The translations under genes and the position numbers were made by a program. This document shows, piece by piece, positions 8,188 through 13,452 of a stretch of 16,032 nt of DNA. The notes beneath the pieces are model-generated. The model saw only the letters and a program-made list of their open reading frames with translations, did not search any database and had not been told where the DNA came from. Numbering within the stretch: the first letter of the stretch is position 1; the number at the start of each line of letters is the position of its first letter. Origin of the DNA: Nitrospirota bacterium (GTDB lineage: Bacteria > Nitrospirota > Thermodesulfovibrionia > Thermodesulfovibrionales > Dissulfurispiraceae). The DNA lies in NCBI GenBank assembly GCA_040758355.1, contig JBFLWF010000041.1, positions 1 to 16,032 on the forward strand. Reading direction: 5' to 3'.

Positions 8188-9299
8188 TGAACAGAGGTGC
8201 TGTTGCAGAAATAGACTTAGGTGCTATTTCCAACAACCTCAAAGTCATAAAGAACCTGTCCAAGAATAGTCCTGTCATAGCTGTTGTAAAGGCAGATGCC
8301 TATGGTCACGGAGCAATTGATGTTTCCAGAAGGCTGGTCGATGATGGAGTGGAGTATCTCGCAGTGGCCTTTACAGAAGAGGCAAAGGAATTAAGAAATG
8401 CAGGCATAAACAGTCCAATCCTTGTGCTCTTTGATCCAGATATAAATGATATTTTCACGTATAACCTCATCCCTGTAATCCGCGACAAAAAGACAGCCGC
8501 TGCATTATCAAAGGAGGCTGAAAAGAACAACCGGAGCATTAGCGTGCATATAAAGATCGATACAGGCATGGGCAGGCTTGGCTTTACAGGAGATGCAGCG
8601 AATGAGATATCGGAGATAGCGAATCTGAAGGGCATAATTATTGATGGCGTCATGAGCCATTTCTCAGAAGCAGACCTTTTGGATGCATCCTTTGCCAAGA
8701 TGCAGATCGAGAGATTCAATTCCATTAAGACAGAACTGTTAAATATTGGTCTGCCCAGATCCCATAATGTACGGCTTTTTCATATGGCCAACAGCGCTGC
8801 TATTGCAACACTCCCCGAATCCCATTTCGATGCAGTGAGGCCGGGTATTATGTTATATGGATACTCGCCGATGCAGCAGTCAGCAAAAACCCCTGAACTA
8901 ATTCCTGCAATGACTGTTAAAACAAAGATATTGGCATTGAGGAGACTACCATCAGGCACTCCCATAAGCTATGGCAGGACATTTATTACAAAGCGCGACA
9001 GTCTTATAGGCGTTATACCTGTTGGCTATGCAGATAGTTTCAGCAGGAGATTCTCGAATAATGCAGAATTGCTTGTGAGGGGCAAAAGGGTTCCTGTCGT
9101 AGGCCGTGTTTGTATGGATCTGACCATGCTTGATTTGACCGGTATAGAACAAGTCGAAGAAGGGGATGAGGTTGTAATTATCGGAAGACAGGGAAATGAA
9201 TCCATCGATGCAGCAGAGCTTGCTTTCAGGGCCGATACGATTCCCTATGAAATATTGACATCTCTTGGAAATATGGCTAAGAGGGTTTATAATAAGTGA
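8187..9299 (+). CDS. alr: Alanine racemase
   Basis: AVVKADAYGHG (PLP lysine), HIKIDTGMGRLG, MSHFS, HMANSAA, VRPGIMLYG, ISYG, VGRVCMD, TIPYE. TAATG overlap with tatA. Confidence 0.96.
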   Translation: MNRGAVAEIDLGAISNNLKVIKNLSKNSPVIAVVKADAYGHGAIDVSRRLVDDGVEYLAVAFTEEAKELRNAGINSPILVLFDPDINDIFTYNLIPVIRDKKTAAALSKEAEKNNRSISVHIKIDTGMGRLGFTGDAANEISEIANLKGIIIDGVMSHFSEADLLDASFAKMQIERFNSIKTELLNIGLPRSHNVRLFHMANSAAIATLPESHFDAVRPGIMLYGYSPMQQSAKTPELIPAMTVKTKILALRRLPSGTPISYGRTFITKRDSLIGVIPVGYADSFSRRFSNNAELLVRGKRVPVVGRVCMDLTMLDLTGIEQVEEGDEVVIIGRQGNESIDAAELAFRADTIPYEILTSLGNMAKRVYNK

Positions 9300-9329
9300 A
9301 ATGAAAGACTGGAAGGAGGTGAAGGATCA

Positions 9330-9728
9330 ATGGTGAGGATTCCTTTCATGAAAGAGGTTGCATGGTATCTTATCTTTGCGATGTTTATTATAGGTATTGC
9401 CCCGAAGGTTGAGGCAGGTTTTGCTCCGTCAGAGGCAATTGCACTCTCAAAGGTTGACAGGGCTGCTGATTTAGAAAGAATACAGAAGGTGCTCGAGACA
9501 AAGATGATCAGGGAAAGGCTTGAAAAATTAGGCTTTACACAGGATGAGATTAATAGCCGACTTTCTCAGCTCAGCGACCAACAGATACACCAGCTTGCCC
9601 TTCAGCTTGATGACCTGAAGGTAGGAAAGGACGACGCCCTCGGTATTATTATTGCCCTTCTTGTGATAGCGATACTTGTTATAATAATATTGCAGTTGAC
9701 GGGTCATAGGGTTGTAGTGACGAAATAA
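9330..9728 (+). CDS. PA2779-family exported/membrane protein of unknown function
   Basis: N-terminal signal peptide (..PKVEA), helical core with RL..LG....EI..RL..LSD..IHQLA..LD.L.VG, then a C-terminal hydrophobic helix. Lies directly upstream of a C39-like peptidase, the family's usual context. RBS AAGGAGGTG at 9313-9321. Confidence 0.78.
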   Translation: MVRIPFMKEVAWYLIFAMFIIGIAPKVEAGFAPSEAIALSKVDRAADLERIQKVLETKMIRERLEKLGFTQDEINSRLSQLSDQQIHQLALQLDDLKVGKDDALGIIIALLVIAILVIIILQLTGHRVVVTK

Positions 9729-9733
9729 GATTT

Positions 9734-9867
9734 TAGGCTATGGGCGATAGACCGGCAATAGGCTATAGGCGATGGGCAATAGGTAATATTTTTAATTCTT
9801 CCTCCTATCGCCTCTTGCCTCTTGCCTATCGCCTTATGTTTCTTATAGCCTTTTGCCTTTTGCCGGT
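9734..9867. repeat. Inverted array of degenerate 7-bp tandem repeats (TAGGCNA-type arm followed by complementary arm); predicted long hairpin
   Basis: Left arm: TAGGCTA TGGGCGA TAGACCGGCAA TAGGCTA TAGGCGA TGGGCAA TAGGTAA (9734-9786). Right arm: CCTATCG CCTCTTG CCTCTTG CCTATCG (9804-9831) ... TATAGCC TTTTGCC TTTTGCC GGT (9844-9867). Confidence 0.88.
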
Positions 9868-10435
9868 TATATTATTTTTTCTTTGCTCGTGTTCGACTGT
9901 CGATGTTCAGTTCAATTCAAAACCCATACTCATTAATAAAGTTCCATTCTATCCTCAAGACGACTATCAGTGCGGGCCTGCATCCCTTGCAGGGGTTTTG
10001 AATTATTGGGGTGTGAGTGTTACGCCTGATGATGTGGCAAAGGATATATACAGCGCATCTGCAAGGGGAACGCTTAACATTGATATGTTGTTATATGTTA
10101 ACAAAAAAGGCCTCTATGCCCTGCAATATATTGGAAGCTGGGATGACCTTAAAAAAAAGATAAACAATAAATATCCATTGATTGTCCTTGTGGACTACGG
10201 TTTTTCCGTATATCAGGCTAATCATTTTATGGTTGTTGTCGGTTATAATGATGACGGCGTTGTTGTTAATTCGGGCAAGACGGAGCATATGTTTATCGAT
10301 AAGGAGAAATTTCTAAAGGCATGGAAAAGGGCGAATTTCTGGACATTGCTGATAAAAAAGGAGTCAGCAGTAAGAAGTCAGAAGTCAGACTATCAGAAGA
10401 CAGAAGTCAGACTATCAGAGGACAGACAAAGGTAG
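9740..10435 (+). CDS. C39-like cysteine peptidase (PA2778-family peptidase domain), probable lipoprotein
   Basis: VPFYPQDDYQCGPASLA (catalytic Cys), YPLIVLVD, HFMVVVGY (catalytic His), VVNSG. Hydrophobic stretch ending FLCSC resembles a lipobox. Start uncertain (ATG 9740 or ATG 9836). Confidence 0.8.
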   Translation: MGDRPAIGYRRWAIGNIFNSSSYRLLPLAYRLMFLIAFCLLPVILFFLCSCSTVDVQFNSKPILINKVPFYPQDDYQCGPASLAGVLNYWGVSVTPDDVAKDIYSASARGTLNIDMLLYVNKKGLYALQYIGSWDDLKKKINNKYPLIVLVDYGFSVYQANHFMVVVGYNDDGVVVNSGKTEHMFIDKEKFLKAWKRANFWTLLIKKESAVRSQKSDYQKTEVRLSEDRQR

Positions 10436-10932
10436 TCTGTCCTCTATCTCTTGTCTTATGTTTTCTGTTTTCTGTCCTCTGTTTTCTGTCTTCTGGTTGT
10501 TCCCTCCCTCGCATAATTGTCCTCGACGACCCGCTGACCCCTGAAGAGCATATAAACCTCGGCGTTGCATATGAGAAAAAGGGAGACCTTGATAATGCCA
10601 TCGAGGAGTTTAAAAAGGCATCGAAGAAACTCCACGTTGCTTATCTCTATCTGGGCAATGCATATATGCAGAAGGGAGATCCCGATGAGGCAGAGAAATA
10701 TTACAAAAAGGCAATCAAAAAGCAGCCCGACCTTGCCGATGCCTATAACAACCTTGCATGGCTTTATTATAATAAGGCTAAAGGTTCAGGGCTAACGGCT
10801 GAAGATATAAATGAAATTATTAAAGAAGCAGAAAGGCTTGCACTGAAGGCGCTGGAGCTAAGCCCCTCCAACGAAAACTATAAGGATACTCTTAATAAGA
10901 TTAGAGAATTAAAATCTAAAAATGGGCTATAA
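10321..10932 (+). CDS. Tetratricopeptide-repeat (TPR) protein, probable lipoprotein
   Basis: TPR motifs EEHINLGVAYEKKG...AIEEFKKA, AYLYLGNAYMQKG...AEKYYKKAI, AYNNLAWLY. Hydrophobic stretch ends LSSGC (Cys codon 10498-10500). The only in-frame ATG/GTG/TTG before the h-region is at 10321. Confidence 0.8.
   Translation: MEKGEFLDIADKKGVSSKKSEVRLSEDRSQTIRGQTKVVCPLSLVLCFLFSVLCFLSSGCSLPRIIVLDDPLTPEEHINLGVAYEKKGDLDNAIEEFKKASKKLHVAYLYLGNAYMQKGDPDEAEKYYKKAIKKQPDLADAYNNLAWLYYNKAKGSGLTAEDINEIIKEAERLALKALELSPSNENYKDTLNKIRELKSKNGL
10361..10495. repeat. Inverted array of degenerate 7-bp tandem repeats (AAG(T/A)CAG-type arm followed by CTGTYYT-type arm) with a perfect central stem
   Basis: Left arm: GAGTCAG CAGTAAG AAGTCAG AAGTCAG ACTATCAG AAGACAG AAGTCAG ACTATCAG AGGACAG (10361-10425). 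Right arm: CTGTCCT CTATCTC TTGTCTT ATGTTTT CTGTTTT CTGTCCT CTGTTTT CTGTCTT CTG (10437-10495). Perfect 11-bp stem AGAGGACAGAC(10417-10427)/GTCTGTCCTCT(10435-10445). Confidence 0.9.
10774..10801 (+). repeat. Short degenerate heptamer run inside the TPR gene
   Basis: AAGGCTA AAGGTTC AGGGCTA ACGGCTG; no inverted arm visible. Confidence 0.45.
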
Positions 10933-10967
10933 TGTTTTACTTATTATTTTTTTAAGGAGGATTTTTT

Positions 10968-12158
10968 ATGCTTGCTGAAAGGGTGAAAAAGATTAAGCCT
11001 TCACCGACCCTTGCCATGGATGCAAAGGCAAAGGCCCTGAAGGCACAGGGTTTGGACATTGTGAATTTCGGTGTTGGAGAGCCTGATTTCGACACCCCTG
11101 AACATGTGAAAGAGGCTGCAATAAAGGCTATCAAGGACGGCTTTACAAAATATACTCCTGTGGGAGGAATAGACGAGCTTAAGGATGCCATTGTCGAGAA
11201 GTTCAAGAAGGATAACGACCTTGAATATACAAAAGAGGAGATAATCGTCTCCTGCGGTGCAAAGCACAGCCTTTATAACATTGCTCAGGCTTTATATGGC
11301 CCGGGCGACGAGGTGATAATTCCCTCTCCATACTGGGTATCTTATCCGGATCAGGTACTGCTTAATGACGCGACTCCTGTGTTTGTAAAAACTTATGAAG
11401 AAGACAGTTTTATGTTAAGGCCCGATGCCCTTGAATCAAAGATAACAAAAAAGACAAAGGCAATAATACTCAATTCCCCATCCAATCCTACAGGACTTAC
11501 TTACGATAAAAAGACCCTTGAGGCTATTGCCGAAATAGCCCTTAAACATGATGTCTACATAATCTCGGACGAGATATACGAAAAGCTGGTTTATGACGGC
11601 ACCGAGTTTATCAGCATCGCCTCGCTGAGCAAAGAGGTAAAGGATAAGACGATTGTTGTCAACGGGCTCTCAAAATCCCATGCCATGACAGGATGGAGGA
11701 TCGGCTATGCAGCAGGGCCGAAGGATATTATAAAGGCCATGACAAATATCCAGAGCCAGTCCACATCCAATCCCACATCCATTGCCCAGAAGGCTGCGGT
11801 GGCTGCATTAACAGGGCCACAGGATTTCATATCAGTAATGCATTCGGAATTCGACAAGAGGAGAAAATTTCTTGTTGAGGGACTTAATTCCATAGAAGGA
11901 GTGAGATGTCTGAAGCCCACAGGAGCATTTTATGCCTTCCCAAATGTTTCAAAGCTCTACGGCAAAAAAACAGGTACAAGGCAGATAAATTCTTCCCTCG
12001 ATATGGCGATGTATCTGCTTGAGGATGCAAATGTGGCTCTGGTGCATGGAGAGGCATTCGGAGATGACAACTATATCAGGATTTCATATGCCACATCCAT
12101 GGAGAATATAAAAAAGGGGTTGGATAGAATAAAAGAAGCGCTGGCAAATCTAAAATAG
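10968..12158 (+). CDS. aspC: PLP-dependent class I/II aminotransferase (aspartate aminotransferase-like)
   Basis: GVGEPDFDTP, TKYTPVGG, GAKHSL, PYWVSY, NSPSNPTG, SDEIYEK, NGLSKSHAMTGWRIG (PLP lysine), GAFYAF, IRISYA. RBS AAGGAGG at 10954-10960. Confidence 0.92.
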   Translation: MLAERVKKIKPSPTLAMDAKAKALKAQGLDIVNFGVGEPDFDTPEHVKEAAIKAIKDGFTKYTPVGGIDELKDAIVEKFKKDNDLEYTKEEIIVSCGAKHSLYNIAQALYGPGDEVIIPSPYWVSYPDQVLLNDATPVFVKTYEEDSFMLRPDALESKITKKTKAIILNSPSNPTGLTYDKKTLEAIAEIALKHDVYIISDEIYEKLVYDGTEFISIASLSKEVKDKTIVVNGLSKSHAMTGWRIGYAAGPKDIIKAMTNIQSQSTSNPTSIAQKAAVAALTGPQDFISVMHSEFDKRRKFLVEGLNSIEGVRCLKPTGAFYAFPNVSKLYGKKTGTRQINSSLDMAMYLLEDANVALVHGEAFGDDNYIRISYATSMENIKKGLDRIKEALANLK

Positions 12159-12180
12159 CGATATGTCCTCTTAAATTAAA

Positions 12181-12218
12181 CTAAGCTTTACTTTAAGTTC
12201 GATATAAAGTATACTTAG
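12181..12218 (+). promoter_or_regulatory. Candidate sigma70 promoter overlapped by an inverted repeat (putative operator)
   Basis: TTTACT(12187-12192)-17 bp-TATACT(12210-12215). Dyad TACTTTA(12189-12195)-N9-TAAAGTA(12205-12211), flanked by CTAAG(12181-12185)/CTTAG(12214-12218). Confidence 0.55.
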
Positions 12219-12225
12219 ATTAGCT

Positions 12226-13449
12226 ATGATGACAAATCAGCCAATTTTTGAAAGAATCGTATTAACGGAAATCAAAAAATACCTGAATACGGATGACATA
12301 ATTGTCCTGCATGGAGCGCGACAGGTCGGCAAGACATCCATCCTGTATTATCTTGAAGCAGAACTAATCAGGCAGGGAGAGGAAACTTACTTCATCGACC
12401 TCGAAGATTCCAGATTTGTGAATATCCTTGATTCCGGCGTAGGGGAATTCCTCAAACATCTTGAGGAAGAGGGAAAATCGCCTGAACAAAAAAAGAAACT
12501 CTATGTATTTATAGATGAAATCCAGTATCTTGCAAATCCTTCGTCTTTTCTGAAGCTCGTTGCAGATCATCACAAAAACATCAAACTCATCGTCTCCGGC
12601 TCATCGAGTTTTGCCATAAAGACCAAGTTTAAGGATTCGCTCGCAGGCAGGACTGTAAATTTTGAGATATTCAATCTCTCATTTAATGAGTTTTTGCGGT
12701 TCAGAAAATATCACTTTGAGGAGGGGAAGGCATACTCTGCAAAAAAGATTGATGAGCTTAGGAGTTTATTTAAGGAATATGTCTTGTATGGTGGATACCC
12801 AAAAATTGTTCTTACGCCCGAACTCAGAATGAAGGAAAAATACCTGCAGCAGATTATAGACACCTATGTAAAAAAAGATATCAGGGATTTGGCCGATGTC
12901 AAAGACATAGACAAATTCAATAAACTCCTTGAATCCCTTGCCTCGCAGAGCGGACAGCAATTGAACGTAACGGACCTCTCCAATACAACGAGGATAGCGA
13001 AGCAGACAATAGAGAAGTATCTCTTTATAATGGAGAACACTTATATAATAAAGTTGGTAAGGCCGTTCAGCCGCAATATACGCTCTGAGCTTTTCAAGCT
13101 GCCGAAGATATATTTTTATGACACAGGGCTTATGCAGATGCTCTGGCTGAAGGGGCTGCAGAAAGAGATTATCGGCAATGTGTTTGAAACCGGGATTTTT
13201 GCAGAACTGATAAAAAAATACGATAGAGAATCCGTTTTTTACTGGCGGACAAAGGACAAAAAAGAGATAGATTTCATACTTAAAATAAAAAACAACATTC
13301 TGCCTATTGAGGTAAAGCTCAACTTTGAGCAGTTTAATCCATCGGCAATACAATATTTCAACAGCCATTACGGCGTTGATAAATACAAAGTGGTCGGCTT
13401 AAAAGGCGAACCTAAGAGCAAGTTCTATGTTTACCCGTGGGATGTATAG
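12226..13449 (+). CDS. AAA+ ATPase (AAA_14-type) with C-terminal DUF4143 / PD-(D/E)xK-like domain
   Basis: Walker A GARQVGKT, Walker B VFIDEIQY, IVSGSS, SLAGR, YGGYP, KIYFYDTGL, GNVFE, FYWRTKDKKEIDF...IEVK. Confidence 0.88.
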   Translation: MMTNQPIFERIVLTEIKKYLNTDDIIVLHGARQVGKTSILYYLEAELIRQGEETYFIDLEDSRFVNILDSGVGEFLKHLEEEGKSPEQKKKLYVFIDEIQYLANPSSFLKLVADHHKNIKLIVSGSSSFAIKTKFKDSLAGRTVNFEIFNLSFNEFLRFRKYHFEEGKAYSAKKIDELRSLFKEYVLYGGYPKIVLTPELRMKEKYLQQIIDTYVKKDIRDLADVKDIDKFNKLLESLASQSGQQLNVTDLSNTTRIAKQTIEKYLFIMENTYIIKLVRPFSRNIRSELFKLPKIYFYDTGLMQMLWLKGLQKEIIGNVFETGIFAELIKKYDRESVFYWRTKDKKEIDFILKIKNNILPIEVKLNFEQFNPSAIQYFNSHYGVDKYKVVGLKGEPKSKFYVYPWDV

Positions 13450-13452
13450 ATA

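Noticed and set aside
8873..8900. GCAGCAGTCAGCAAA in alr as a remnant of the AGTCAG heptamer family
   Set aside because: Only about two units and no clear inverted arm; cannot be distinguished from chance.
5079..10495. Repeat arrays as CRISPR arrays or classical rho-independent terminators
   Set aside because: Units are 7-8 bp with no unique spacers and no cas genes nearby; the stems are long and degenerate and lack a compact GC stem followed by a U-tract.
10928..10933. TATAAT upstream of the aminotransferase as a promoter
   Set aside because: No acceptable -35 or extended -10 at the proper spacing in an AT-rich context; unsupported.
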